Shown one piece after another: positions 33,754-43,649 of a stretch of 64,000 bases of DNA. Origin of the DNA: Solirubrobacterales bacterium (GTDB taxonomy: Bacteria; Actinomycetota; Thermoleophilia; Solirubrobacterales; 70-9); contig JBBRYM010000009.1 in NCBI GenBank assembly GCA_038237625.1, positions 36,398 through 100,397 on the forward strand, given 5' to 3'. How positions within the stretch are numbered: the first letter of the stretch is position 1; each line of letters starts with the position of its first letter. The notes beneath the pieces were generated by a model that worked only from the letters and a program-made list of their open reading frames with translations, had not been told where the DNA came from and ran no database searches. A program made the position numbers and the translations under genes.

Positions 33754-34650
33754 GGCGAAGGACCGCTCCAGGGCCGCCGCCGCGGCCGCGATCGCCTCAC
33801 GCGCTTCGGCCAGGTAGTCCCCGAACACTTGGAAGTCGTGCCACACCCCCTGGACGCGGCGATACTCGAGCTCTGCGCCTGCTGCGCGCAGCCGCTCGGC
33901 CAGGGCGTCTGCGTCGCTGAGGTGAAGATCGTCCGTCGCGCTCAGGAGGTGGATCGGTGGCAGTTCGGAGAGATCCGGCGTGAAGAGCGGAGAGAGCCTG
34001 GGATCGGCGAGCTCCTCCCCACCCGCGTACATCCGCGCGGCCTCGTTTGAGCGGTCACGGCGCAGGATCGGCTCGTGGCGCCCGTTCTCGCGAAACGACC
34101 GGCCGGAGTTGCCGAGGTCGACCCACGGGCAGAAGAGCACAAGGGCGGCCGGCTGGTCCTCATCGGCGTCGCGAAGCCGCACCGCAAGGCCGAGTGCAAG
34201 GCCGCCGCCAGCCGAGTCTCCCGCGACAGCCAGCGCCCCGGCGACCCGATCGCGAAGCGCCCGGTAGGCGGCGAGCGCCGCGTCGGGGGCCGCGGGGAAT
34301 GGGTGCTCGGGCGCCAGCGGGTAGTCCGGCGCAAAGACCGCGGCGCGGGCCGCGCGGGACAGCGCCGCGATTACGCCCTTGTACGCCACGGGCGACCCGT
34401 AGCAGTAGGCGCCGCCGTGCAGATAGAGCAGGGTGCGGCCGGGCTCCGCCCATGGGCCGCACGTGACGGTTGTGGGGACCCCACCCAGCTCGACCTCGGT
34501 GCGCGTCGTCCCTTTCGGCGTCTGAGCCATCGCCCCGATTGCATTCAACCATCGCCGCTCCATCCGCTGCGACATCCGCGCCAGGCCCGGCATGCCGGCG
34601 GTGACGCGAGCGAGGCCGCGCACGACTCGCGGCGAGAGGCTCAGCTCCAT
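33709..34650 (-). CDS. alpha/beta hydrolase, hormone-sensitive-lipase-like esterase
   Basis: Contains LHGGAY (HGG oxyanion motif), GDSAGG (nucleophile) and a C-terminal His region. Confidence 0.85.
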   Translation of the reverse strand: MELSLSPRVVRGLARVTAGMPGLARMSQRMERRWLNAIGAMAQTPKGTTRTEVELGGVPTTVTCGPWAEPGRTLLYLHGGAYCYGSPVAYKGVIAALSRAARAAVFAPDYPLAPEHPFPAAPDAALAAYRALRDRVAGALAVAGDSAGGGLALGLAVRLRDADEDQPAALVLFCPWVDLGNSGRSFRENGRHEPILRRDRSNEAARMYAGGEELADPRLSPLFTPDLSELPPIHLLSATDDLHLSDADALAERLRAAGAELEYRRVQGVWHDFQVFGDYLAEAREAIAAAAAALERSFASVPAGGPIEAAAQR

Positions 34651-34663
34651 GGAGGGATTCAGG

Positions 34664-35524
34664 TCAGGCGGTCGGCTCGCGAGAGCGCTCGGCGTGGGAG
34701 ATGCGCTCCTCGTAGGCCGCGCGCTGGCTGGAGTTGATGTTGGTCAGGATCTGGTCGGCCTTCAGCGCCCGGGCCACGCCCTCGCGTCCCGCGCGCGGGA
34801 GGAGGTTCATGACCCAGCCGATGCGGCCCGTCGACTTCGGCACGTGCACGTCGAACTTGGGCACCTCGAGCGCGTCGACCACAGCGTTGGCGACGTCCTC
34901 GGGCTCGGCGACCTTCACCGCGCGCGGACGATCGGCGCCGGAGATCAGCTCCGTGTTGACGAACGCCGGCATGACGACGGTGAACTCGATCGGCGTGTCG
35001 CGAAGCTCGCCACGAACGGCCTCGCTGATGCCCACCACGGCGTGCTTCGTTCCGCAATAGCTGGCGATTCCGGGGAACCCGCCCTTGCCCGCCTGCGAGG
35101 CGATGTTGACCACATGTCCGCGGCGGCGCTCGAGCATCCGCGGCAGCACGATCTTCATGCCGAAGATCACGCCGTGGACGTTGATGTCGAATTGGCGCAG
35201 GGCGGTCTCATCGGACTCCTCCAGAAACGGCCCCGCGGGCATGATCCCGGCGTTGTTGACCAGGATGTCGATGGGACCGAGTGACTGCTCGGCCGCGTCG
35301 ATGAAGTTGGTGAACGACTCGCGGTCGGTGACGTCGAGGTCGAATGCGACCGCACCGCCGCCGAGCTTCTCCGCCGCCTGCTCTGCGAGATCGAGGTCGA
35401 GGTCGCCGATGGCGACGCGAGCGCCCTTACGGCTAAGTGCGGTCGCGATCGAAAGGCCGATCCCCCGCGCGCCGCCGGTAATTGCCGCGACCCGCCCGCG
35501 GATCGGAATCGGTTGCTTCGCCAT
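34664..35524 (-). CDS. SDR family oxidoreductase
   Basis: TGGARGIG, NNAG and YCGTKHA (YxxxK) are present. Confidence 0.85.
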   Translation of the reverse strand: MAKQPIPIRGRVAAITGGARGIGLSIATALSRKGARVAIGDLDLDLAEQAAEKLGGGAVAFDLDVTDRESFTNFIDAAEQSLGPIDILVNNAGIMPAGPFLEESDETALRQFDINVHGVIFGMKIVLPRMLERRRGHVVNIASQAGKGGFPGIASYCGTKHAVVGISEAVRGELRDTPIEFTVVMPAFVNTELISGADRPRAVKVAEPEDVANAVVDALEVPKFDVHVPKSTGRIGWVMNLLPRAGREGVARALKADQILTNINSSQRAAYEERISHAERSREPTA

Positions 35525-35583
35525 CTGCTCTCCAGTCCTCTCGCTCGCCGTACCTGGACCGCCGAATCCTATCTCCGCGCTGA

Positions 35584-36231
35584 CTAGCGGGCCGCTGCCG
35601 CGTCCCGTGCCTCGAAGATCGCCGTTACGGCCGCGACCACCTCGGGTGTCGCCTTCTCCACCGAGCCCGAGTCGAACGGCGGCTGGGGGTCGTACTCGAT
35701 TCCCAGCTGCACGGCCTGCGCCATCTCGTCGCCGTACATCCGCTGGACCAAGGTGAGCGCCATGTCGATGCCCGACGAGACACCTGCCGCGGTAACGATC
35801 TTTCCCTGCTCGACCACGCGCTCGCTCACAGGCTCGGCGCCGAGCTCGGCGAGCGTGTCGCGGGCCAGCCAGTGCGTCGTCGCCGGCACGCCTTTCAGGA
35901 TCCCGGCGGCGGCGAGCAGCAGGGCGCCGGTGCAGACCGAGGTCGTGTACGTGGTGGTCTCGTGGACGCTTCGCAGCCAGGCGAGGATCGGCTCGTGCCG
36001 CAGAAGGGCGCGGGTACCGAAGCCGCCGGGGACCACGACGATGTCGGGGCTCGGGGTCTCGGCGAGAGTGCGCTCGGCGACGATCGAAAGGCTGTCGGAC
36101 TCGTTGCGAACCGGTCCCGCCTCTTCGGCGACGAACACGGGGTCATGGCCCGGCACCGAGCCGAGCACGTCGAACGGGCCGATGGCGTCGAGGGCGGTGA
36201 AACCTGGGTAGAGCATGAACGCGATCTGCAT
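35584..36231 (-). CDS. DJ-1/PfpI family protein
   Basis: The ATG at 36231 is preceded by GGAAGGAGAG. MQIAFMLYPGFTALDAIGPFDVL ... SVCTGALLLAAAGIL contains the nucleophile-elbow Cys. The upstream part of the track ORF is junk overlapping glxA. Confidence 0.85.
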   Translation of the reverse strand: MQIAFMLYPGFTALDAIGPFDVLGSVPGHDPVFVAEEAGPVRNESDSLSIVAERTLAETPSPDIVVVPGGFGTRALLRHEPILAWLRSVHETTTYTTSVCTGALLLAAAGILKGVPATTHWLARDTLAELGAEPVSERVVEQGKIVTAAGVSSGIDMALTLVQRMYGDEMAQAVQLGIEYDPQPPFDSGSVEKATPEVVAAVTAIFEARDAAAAR

Positions 36232-36245
36232 TGACTCTCCTTCCA

Positions 36246-37232
36246 TCAAGCAGCCCGGAGGGCGCTTGCGAATCGCTCGCGGTATTCCGCCGGGCCGATT
36301 CCCAGGCGGCGGTGAAAGGCACGGCGCATGGTCTCGGGCGTGCCGAACCCCAGGCGTCTGGCAACCGCCTCGACCGGCGCTGAGCCGTCGGCGAGGGCCT
36401 GACGGGCGGCCTCCACTCGTGCCAGCTCCACGTAGGCGGCGGGGGTCTGCCCCACCTCGCGACGGAACGCGCGCGCGAAGTTGCGCGGGCTCATGTACGC
36501 CCGCTCTGCCAGGATTTCCACCCGGAGGTCGTCGCCGAGGTGCCCGGCGATCCAGCCCTGCACCTCGCGCAGCGGGACGCGCTCGGCGCGCTGCGCCGAG
36601 AGCTGGGCGCTGAACTGCGACTGCCCCCCGGGCCGCTGGACGAAGAGCACCAGCCAGCGCGCGATCTCGAGGGCGACCTCGCGGCCCAGGTCCTCCTCGA
36701 CGAGAGCGAGGGCAAGGTCCATTCCCGCGGTGACCCCGGCCGACGTCCAGACGTCGCCGTCGCGGACGAAGATCGCGTCGGCGTCGACCTCCACCTCCGG
36801 GTAGCGCTCCGCGAGCTTTTCGCAGGAGGCCCAGTGGGTCGTCGCCCGCTTGCCGTCGAGGAGCCCTGCCCTGGCGAGCAGGAAGGAGCCCGTGCACACG
36901 GACGTAACACGACGGCAGCGCTTGGCCGTTGAGCGCAGCCAGGCGATGAACGCGGAATCGCCGGCGATCTTGAGGGTGCCCGCGCCGCCGGCGACGACGA
37001 GCGTGTCGATGCGGCCGCGCACGTCGCCGAAGGAGCGGTCGGGTGTGATCGTCAGGCCGCTGGAGGTCCGTAGGGGCTCACGGCTCGATCCGGCGATCTC
37101 AACCGAGTAAGCGTTCTCCACCAAGCGGCCCGCGCCATTGAAGACCTCGAGCGGTCCGACGGCGTCCAGGGCCTGGACTTCGGGGAAGACGACGATGACG
37201 ATGCGGCGGGCCGAGGGCATGCTGCGCATCAT
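36246..37232 (-). CDS. GlxA family (DJ-1 domain + AraC HTH) transcriptional regulator
   Basis: RRIVIVVFPEVQALDAVGPLEVF ... SVCTGSFLLARAGLL ... a C-terminal AraC HTH (SPRNFARAFRREVGQTPAAYV). The start is 37232, 37229 or 37220, all ATG. Confidence 0.85.
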   Translation of the reverse strand: MMRSMPSARRIVIVVFPEVQALDAVGPLEVFNGAGRLVENAYSVEIAGSSREPLRTSSGLTITPDRSFGDVRGRIDTLVVAGGAGTLKIAGDSAFIAWLRSTAKRCRRVTSVCTGSFLLARAGLLDGKRATTHWASCEKLAERYPEVEVDADAIFVRDGDVWTSAGVTAGMDLALALVEEDLGREVALEIARWLVLFVQRPGGQSQFSAQLSAQRAERVPLREVQGWIAGHLGDDLRVEILAERAYMSPRNFARAFRREVGQTPAAYVELARVEAARQALADGSAPVEAVARRLGFGTPETMRRAFHRRLGIGPAEYRERFASALRAA

Positions 37233-37293
37233 GCCGCGCCTGCACTCTGTCTGCAATGACAAACACCGGACGATTCCTGCCACCCCTGTCCCG

Positions 37294-37339
37294 CGAACGT
37301 CCCTCGTGCCCGCCTACCCGCCGGGATGCGGGACGTTCG
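37294..37339. repeat. inverted-repeat element copy B (GAACGTCCC/GGGACGTTC family)
   Basis: CGAACGTCCC, a 26-nt loop, then GGGACGTTCG. It lies 8 nt downstream of the stop of the 37348-38556 gene and upstream of glxA. Confidence 0.7.
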
Positions 37340-37347
37340 GCGAAGCG

Positions 37348-38556
37348 TCAGGCGGCGGCGAGCTCGCGCGGCTCGAGGATCGCCGTGCGCAGAAAGCGCT
37401 CGATGCCCTCCACCACGTGAGCGGTGCGAAGAGAGGGCGCCAGGTCGAAGGCATGCTCGGCTCCGGGAAGCTCGACGTAGAGGACCTCGCTGCGCGAGAC
37501 GGAGCGCAGGCGCTCGACGAAGGCGCGGGCGTCCTGGACCGGCACGAGCGTGTCGCGGTCACCGTGGAAGACGAGGAAAGGCGGAGCGTTTTCGTGAACG
37601 CGGTAAGTCGGCGAGACCGCCTCGTAGGCCCCGGGGTCGGCGTCGTAGTCGCGCTTGATGACGACTTTCGGGAACAGCCAGCTGCGGAGCTCGGGGTAGT
37701 AGTTGCCGCCGAGGTCGGCCATGTCGTAGACGCCGTAGAAGGGGACGGCTGCGGCCACCGACGTGTCGGCCGCTTCGAAGCCGGGCTGCAGCGAGCGATC
37801 GTCGGCGGTCAGCGCGGCGAGGGCTGTCAGGTGCCCGCCCGCCGAGCCGCCGGTGAGGCAGATGCGCTCCGGGTCGATGCCGAGCTCGCGCGCGTGCTCG
37901 CGAACCCAGGCGATCGCCCGCTTGACGTCGATGACGTGGTCGGGGAGCGTTGCGCGGGGGCTCAGCCGGTAGTCGATGTTGAAGCCGACCCAGCCGTTGG
38001 AGGCCAGGTGCTTGAGCAGGGGAATGCCCTGCTCGAGGCGGCTGCCCGCGATCCAGCCGCCGCCGTGGATCTGGATCACCGCCGGGCGGGGGTCGTCGCC
38101 CAGTTTTGCCTCGGCCGGCCGGTAGATGTCGAGGCGGAGGCGATAGCCGTCGGCTTGGTGATAGATGACGCCGCGTTCCTTGCACACGGATTTTGCGAAC
38201 AGCATGAGCGGCGGGAAGGCCAGGTGACTGCGCGGGAAGCGCAGGCGGGACGGCTCGCCGGGAATGTTCTTCAGGGCTTCATCCACTGCGCGGGAGCTGG
38301 CGATGCTGAGGTAGGCGAGGCGGGACTCGAAGATCAACAACAGGGCTATGAGGGCAAGTAGGAGCAGGCCCAGCGTCGAGCTGGCTGCAGCGAGCAGGAT
38401 GAGAGCCAGGGCTATGAGGGCGAGCAGGGCGGTGAACTGCCAGGCGAACTCGCGGGCCATTGCGGCGACGATCCATCGCAGGACCCGGAGGTGCAGCGCT
38501 CGGGGCGGGTGGAGGGCCCAGAGGCGCTTGACGAGCTTGAACTGGGCGCGGATCAC
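37348..38556 (-). CDS. membrane-anchored alpha/beta hydrolase (esterase/lipase)
   Basis: N-terminal TM helices (FTALLALIALALILLAAA, LLLLALIALLLIF), then IHGGGW and GGSAGGHL. Confidence 0.8.
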   Translation of the reverse strand: MIRAQFKLVKRLWALHPPRALHLRVLRWIVAAMAREFAWQFTALLALIALALILLAAASSTLGLLLLALIALLLIFESRLAYLSIASSRAVDEALKNIPGEPSRLRFPRSHLAFPPLMLFAKSVCKERGVIYHQADGYRLRLDIYRPAEAKLGDDPRPAVIQIHGGGWIAGSRLEQGIPLLKHLASNGWVGFNIDYRLSPRATLPDHVIDVKRAIAWVREHARELGIDPERICLTGGSAGGHLTALAALTADDRSLQPGFEAADTSVAAAVPFYGVYDMADLGGNYYPELRSWLFPKVVIKRDYDADPGAYEAVSPTYRVHENAPPFLVFHGDRDTLVPVQDARAFVERLRSVSRSEVLYVELPGAEHAFDLAPSLRTAHVVEGIERFLRTAILEPRELAAA

Positions 38557-38620
38557 TTCGCATCCTCGACCGAGCTACTAGTCGTCATCGGTATGCGACG
38601 ACAACTCGTAGTTCGGGGGC

Positions 38621-39763
38621 CTAGAGGCCGTAGGTCTTGGAGATGATCTCGCGCTGAATCTCGCTGGTGCCGGCGTAGATCGTGGAGACCAGCGCCATGC
38701 GCACGTGACGCTCCATGTCGTACTCGCACGAATACCCGTAGCCGCCCATCATCTGCATCCCCTCGAGGGCGACCTTCTTGGCGGTCTCGGTGATCTTGAG
38801 CTTGGCCATGGAAGCCTCGCGAGGCAGCATGGTGTTGGGGTCGGAGTCGACCATCTTCGCGATGTCATAGACGAGCAGGCGACAGCATTCGAGCTCGGTC
38901 GCGAGGTCCGCAAGGCGGTGCTTGATCGTCTGGAAGGTGCCGATCGGACGGCCGAACTGCTTGCGCTCCTTGACGTACGCCAGGGCGTCGTCGAAGGCGC
39001 GCTCGGCGAGGCCGAGGACGGTCGCCGCCGTGATCAGCCGCTCCACGTTGAGGCCCGCCATCAGCTGCATCCAGCCGCCGTCGACCTGGCCGAGGATGCG
39101 CTCGTCGTCGACGTAGACGTCGGTGAGGAAGACGTCGTTGACCTCCTTGCCGCCCATCGTCTCGATGCCGCGGATCTCCATCCCCTCCGTGGCCGTCGGA
39201 ATCGAGAACATCGTCACGCCGTCGTGCTTGGAGCCATCGCGGCCCGTGCGGGCGACGACGAGGATGTGGTCGGCGATGTGGGCTGCGGAGATCCAGGTCT
39301 TCTGGCCGTTGAGGACGTAGCCGCCGTTTGACTTCTCGGCGCGGCAGGCGAGGCTGCCGACGTCGGAGCCTGCCTCGGGCTCGGACATCGCGATCGCCTC
39401 GACGCCGCCCTTGACGATGCCGCCGAGGATCTCGGCCTTTTGCTCGTCGTTGCCGAAGCGCTCGTAGGCGCCGGCGACGATGAGGCTCACCGGGAAACCG
39501 GCCATCGGCACCATTCCGCGGGCCGTCTCCTCGAGGAAGACGCAGGCGTCGACCATGCCGCCACCGGAGCCCCCGTAGCCCTCCTCGATCGAGGCGCCGA
39601 GCCACCCGAGCTCGGCCAGCTTCGAATAGAGCTGTGCCGAGTGCATCTCGGTGTACTGGTTGGTTGCCGCCGCGCGCTGCTCCTGCGTGCCCAGCTCGCG
39701 CTTGCAGAAGTCGCGAATCGCTTCGGCGAAGTCGCGCTGTTCGTCGGTGAACGTGACCGCCAT
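38621..39763 (-). CDS. acyl-CoA dehydrogenase
   Basis: 380 aa with the classic ACAD layout: GYGGSGGGMVD, AMSEPEAGSD, QKTWIS and a C-terminal YAGTSEIQ. Confidence 0.9.
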   Translation of the reverse strand: MAVTFTDEQRDFAEAIRDFCKRELGTQEQRAAATNQYTEMHSAQLYSKLAELGWLGASIEEGYGGSGGGMVDACVFLEETARGMVPMAGFPVSLIVAGAYERFGNDEQKAEILGGIVKGGVEAIAMSEPEAGSDVGSLACRAEKSNGGYVLNGQKTWISAAHIADHILVVARTGRDGSKHDGVTMFSIPTATEGMEIRGIETMGGKEVNDVFLTDVYVDDERILGQVDGGWMQLMAGLNVERLITAATVLGLAERAFDDALAYVKERKQFGRPIGTFQTIKHRLADLATELECCRLLVYDIAKMVDSDPNTMLPREASMAKLKITETAKKVALEGMQMMGGYGYSCEYDMERHVRMALVSTIYAGTSEIQREIISKTYGL

Positions 39764-39767
39764 GGCC

Positions 39768-40976
39768 CTAGACCTCAGCCGGCCTGTAGACCGTCACAAC
39801 CGCTGCGCCGCCCAAGCCGATGTTGTGCTGCAGGGCGACCTTGGCGCCGTCAACTTGGCGCCGCTCGGCGGTGCCGCGAATCTGCCAGGTGAGCTCCGAG
39901 CACTGAGCGAGCCCGGTGGCGCCGAGCGGGTGGCCCTTCGAGATCAGCCCGCCCGAAGGGTTGACGACCGGGCCTGAGCCTCCGTATGTCGTCGCCTCGC
40001 TGTCGACGAGCTCATGGCCGTGGCCCTCTTCGGCGAAGCCCAACGCCTCGTAAGTGATGAGCTCGTTCGCCGAGAAGCAGTCGTGGAGCTCGCAGACGTC
40101 GACGTCATCCGCGGAGACGCCGGCCTCCTCGTAGGCCTTGTTCGCGGCCTCCTTGGACATGTCGTAGCCGACGATCTTGATGCAGTCGGTCTCGTCGTCG
40201 AAGGTCGAGCGCATGTCGGTGACCATCGCCTGGCCCGCGATCTCGACGGCCTGCTCCCAGAGACCGTGCTCGTCGACGAAGCGCGCGGAGGCCACGATTG
40301 CGCAGGCCGATCCGTCGGAGGTCGGCGAGCACTGGAGCTTCGTGAGTGGCTCGTGGATCATCTTCGACGCCTTGATGTCGTCGATCGAGTACTCGTCCTG
40401 GAACTGGGCGTAGGGGTTGTTGACCGAGTGCTTGTGGTTCTTCCAGCCGATCCAGGCGAAATGGTCGGGAGTCGACCCGTACTTCTCCATGTGGTCGCGC
40501 CCGGCGTTGCCGAACATCTGCGGGGCGGCTGGTGACTGCTCCGGGGCGCGCAGCTCGAACATCCGCATGGCGTGCTTGTCCAAGGGGTTCGTGCGGTCCG
40601 TGTACTTCACGCCGAGCGAGCCCATTTCCATCTTCTCGAAGCCGAGTGCGAGCGCGCAGTCGGCGAGTCCGCCCTTCACGGCCTGGCGCGCCATGTAGAG
40701 CGCGGAGCTGCCGGTGGAACAGTTGTTGTTGACGTTCACCACCGGGATCCCCGTGAGCCCCAACTGGTAGAGCGCGCGCTGGCCTGAGGTGGACTCGCCG
40801 TAGCAGTAGCCCGCGAAGGCCTGCTCGACCTCGTGGTAGGCGACGCCGGCGTCATCGATCGCCTTCGATCCTGCCTCCTTCGCCCAGTCGGGGTAGTCGC
40901 CCTCCTTGGTGCCGGGCTTGTCGAACTTGGTCATACCGACCCCGATCACGAAGGTTCGGTTGCCGCTTGTACTCAT
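39768..40976 (-). CDS. thiolase-like lipid-transfer protein (SCP-x/Ltp-type thiolase)
   Basis: VIGVGMTKF ... [11 protein letters not shown] ... ELHDCFS ... [17 protein letters not shown]. Confidence 0.85.
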   Translation of the reverse strand: MSTSGNRTFVIGVGMTKFDKPGTKEGDYPDWAKEAGSKAIDDAGVAYHEVEQAFAGYCYGESTSGQRALYQLGLTGIPVVNVNNNCSTGSSALYMARQAVKGGLADCALALGFEKMEMGSLGVKYTDRTNPLDKHAMRMFELRAPEQSPAAPQMFGNAGRDHMEKYGSTPDHFAWIGWKNHKHSVNNPYAQFQDEYSIDDIKASKMIHEPLTKLQCSPTSDGSACAIVASARFVDEHGLWEQAVEIAGQAMVTDMRSTFDDETDCIKIVGYDMSKEAANKAYEEAGVSADDVDVCELHDCFSANELITYEALGFAEEGHGHELVDSEATTYGGSGPVVNPSGGLISKGHPLGATGLAQCSELTWQIRGTAERRQVDGAKVALQHNIGLGGAAVVTVYRPAEV

Positions 40977-41041
40977 CTTTTCGGAAGCTCCTTTGTCGTC
41001 AGCAACGTCCGTGCGCCAAGCGCGAACGAGCGCGAGAGTAT

Positions 41042-41067
41042 CAAGAAACAGTCAGGCCGGTATGTAA
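41042..41067. promoter_or_regulatory. 26-nt conserved operator-like motif CAAGAAACAGTCAGGCCGGTATGTAA
   Basis: Lies 66 nt upstream of the thiolase-like gene start. It is 25/26 identical to 43624-43649, in the same orientation relative to the downstream minus-strand gene. Confidence 0.55.
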
Positions 41068-41087
41068 GTTGTTCCAAGCCCCGCGGA

Positions 41088-41936
41088 TCACTCGCCGGGA
41101 TCCTGGTCCCAGCCGTCCACGAACAGGTCGAGCGCGAGCTCGGCCCCCTCGGCCGAGTAGCCGGAGAGGTCGGTGATCCCCGCCTCGGCGAGCACCTCGT
41201 CGTCGATGAACACATTGCCCGAGCACTCGATCGGATCGCGCTTGAGGATCTCCGCGGCGGCGTCGGCCACGATCTCGGGAGTGCGGCTGCGCGCCATCGC
41301 CTCGTCGCCGCCGAGGAGGTTTTGCACCGCCGCGGTGGCGATGATCGTGCGCGGCCACAGGCAGTTGGCGCCGATCCCGGGCTCGTCGGCCGCGAGGCCG
41401 AGCGTGAGCATGGTCATGCCCATCTTCGAGAGCGTGTACGCGGCATTGCCCCGAAGCCATCTTGGGTCGCCCGAAAGCGGGGGCGAAAGGGTGAGGACGT
41501 GGGCATGCTCGGATGCGCGCAAGTGCGGCAGGCACGCGCGGGTGACCACGAAAGTCCCGCGCGAGTTGATGGTCTGCATCAGGTCGTAGCGTTTGGGCTC
41601 GAGGTCGCGTATGGGCGCGAGGTTGATCGCGCTGGCGTTGTTGACCGCGACGTCGATACCCCCGAACCGCTCGACCGTCTGTGCAACCGCGGCTTCCACC
41701 TGCGCCTCGTCGCGCACATCGCCCACGATCGCCAGCGCCTGACCGCCCGCCTCCTCGATCTCGGCCGCCGCCGAGTGGACCGTTCCCGGGAGCTTGGGAT
41801 GGGGCTCGTCGGTCTTGGCGAGAAGGGCGACATTGGCCCCGTCGCGAGCCGCCCGCAGGGCGATCGCCAGGCCGATCCCGCGACTTCCGCCCGACATAAA
41901 GATCGTGCGCCCGGAGAGATCGGGGAGATCGCTCAT
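41088..41936 (-). CDS. SDR family oxidoreductase (HSDL2-like)
   Basis: SGGSRGIGLAIALRAARDGANVALLAKT..PHPKLPGT ... NNAS ... YTLSKMG. Confidence 0.85.
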   Translation of the reverse strand: MSDLPDLSGRTIFMSGGSRGIGLAIALRAARDGANVALLAKTDEPHPKLPGTVHSAAAEIEEAGGQALAIVGDVRDEAQVEAAVAQTVERFGGIDVAVNNASAINLAPIRDLEPKRYDLMQTINSRGTFVVTRACLPHLRASEHAHVLTLSPPLSGDPRWLRGNAAYTLSKMGMTMLTLGLAADEPGIGANCLWPRTIIATAAVQNLLGGDEAMARSRTPEIVADAAAEILKRDPIECSGNVFIDDEVLAEAGITDLSGYSAEGAELALDLFVDGWDQDPGE

Positions 41937-43594
41937 CCGGCGGCTGCGCTGCGCCCGGCGGGATCCATTGTCGCGAGCTCACGCTTGAGGACCTTGCCAG
42001 TCGGGTTGCGGGGCAGCTGGTCGACGAAGGTCACCTCCCGCGGGACCTTGTAGCGGGCGAGGTTGGACTTGACGAAGTCCTTGACCTCAGCTTCGCTCAG
42101 GCTCGCGCCGGGACGCGCCGCCACGAAGGCCCGCAGCCGCTTGCCCCAGTCGGCGTCGTCGACGCCGATGGCTGCCGCCTCCTGAATCTTCGGATGGGTG
42201 ACGAGTAACTCCTCGACCTCCCGCGGGAAGACGTTCTCACCCCCCGAGACGATCATCTCGTCGTCACGCCCGTCAACCCACAGGCGCCCGGCCTCGTCGA
42301 AGTGTCCGACGTCGCCGGAGGACATGAGGCCCCCGATCACCTCCTTGGTGCCGCCACCCGTGTAGCCCTCGAACTGAAAGCCGTTCCCGACGAAGATCCG
42401 CCCGACCTCGCCCTGGGGCAGCTCTTCACCGCGCTCGTCGAGAATCTTCACGACCGCGCCGAACGGCACCCTGCCCGCGCACCCCGGAGCGGCGCGGAGG
42501 TCGTGGGGAGTGGCGAAGCTCGCGTATGCGACCTCGGTGGACCCGTACATGTTGTAGAGCGTGTCGCCGAACTCCGCGAGCGAACGGCGCACGAGCTCGC
42601 CCTCGAGTTGAGCGCCCGAGCAGAAGATGATGCGAAGGCTGGTGGTGTCGTGAGCTGCACGAACCTCGTCGGGCAGGGCGAGGATGCGCATGAGCATCGC
42701 GGGAACCACGACGAGCGCGCTGGCACGGTGCTCGGCCACGGCCGCCAGAACCGCCTCGGGCTCGAAACGCCGGCGCAGGACCACCTTGGATCCAAGCCCT
42801 ACCGCGAGCATCGCGTGGGCGAAGCCGATGGCGTGGAAGAGCGGCGGGGCGTCGTACGTGGCCTCGTCGCCTCGAAATGGAACCCGCGCAAGCAGCGCCC
42901 CCAGCGGAACGAACGACGAGCCGCCCTCCCGCGGCGCTCCCTTGGGGGTTCCCGTAGTTCCGCTGGTGAGCATGATCACCTTCGCGGGATCGTCCGGCGC
43001 CGGCGGCGGCGAAGGGTCGCCGGCGGCGATCAGCTCTTCAAGGGTGGGATCCGCGTGCGCGCCTTCCGCCCAGGCGACAAATCGGCCCCTCCGAAACTCG
43101 GCGCCCTCGACGACCGGGGCGAACTCCTCGTCATGGACCATGACCTCGACGCCCTCCCGCGCGGCGACGTCGCGCAGCTGCGGCGCGGCAAAGTCCGTGT
43201 TCAGGAAGACGACCCTGGCGCCGAGCTTGCCTGCGGCAAGGCTGGCGTCAACGAAGCCGCGATGGTTGCGCGCGAGGATGCCGATCCCCACTCCAGGCCC
43301 CGCGCCCCGCTCGCGCCAGGCGTTGGCCAGGGCGTTCGAGCGCTGGTCCATCTCGCCGAACGTCAGCTGCCCGAGCTCGTCGGCCACATAGGTGCGGTCG
43401 GGATGCCTCGCCGCCGCTGCCACGATGGCCCCACCGAGCGCTCCGTAGCGCCGCAGTCCCCCGAGGGCGGCGGCGGTCTTTGCCGGCGCTCCGAGCGGAA
43501 ACATTCCCGCGCGGCGCATGTGATGGATCGCGCGCGCTTCGTTGGCAGCTCGGGTCGATGCCCGGCCCAGGGCGTCGACGCCGAGGAGCTCCAT
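41933..43594 (-). CDS. acyl-CoA synthetase (AMP-binding)
   Basis: MLTSGTTGTPKGA, YGSTE, SGDVG..DE.G.L.V.GR.DEMIVSGGENVFP, GKVLKRE. Its stop overlaps the SDR start (ATGA). Confidence 0.85.
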   Translation of the reverse strand: MELLGVDALGRASTRAANEARAIHHMRRAGMFPLGAPAKTAAALGGLRRYGALGGAIVAAAARHPDRTYVADELGQLTFGEMDQRSNALANAWRERGAGPGVGIGILARNHRGFVDASLAAGKLGARVVFLNTDFAAPQLRDVAAREGVEVMVHDEEFAPVVEGAEFRRGRFVAWAEGAHADPTLEELIAAGDPSPPPAPDDPAKVIMLTSGTTGTPKGAPREGGSSFVPLGALLARVPFRGDEATYDAPPLFHAIGFAHAMLAVGLGSKVVLRRRFEPEAVLAAVAEHRASALVVVPAMLMRILALPDEVRAAHDTTSLRIIFCSGAQLEGELVRRSLAEFGDTLYNMYGSTEVAYASFATPHDLRAAPGCAGRVPFGAVVKILDERGEELPQGEVGRIFVGNGFQFEGYTGGGTKEVIGGLMSSGDVGHFDEAGRLWVDGRDDEMIVSGGENVFPREVEELLVTHPKIQEAAAIGVDDADWGKRLRAFVAARPGASLSEAEVKDFVKSNLARYKVPREVTFVDQLPRNPTGKVLKRELATMDPAGRSAAAG

Positions 43595-43623
43595 GACGCG
43601 GCAGTCTAGGCGAACGTCACGAG

Positions 43624-43649
43624 CAAGAAACAGTCAGGACGGTATGTAA
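43624..43649. promoter_or_regulatory. 26-nt conserved operator-like motif CAAGAAACAGTCAGGACGGTATGTAA
   Basis: Lies 30 nt upstream of the acyl-CoA synthetase start and 63 nt upstream of the divergent MaoC ATG. It is followed by the 10-nt direct repeat CATGTGCGCC at 43650-43659 and 43667-43676. Confidence 0.55.
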
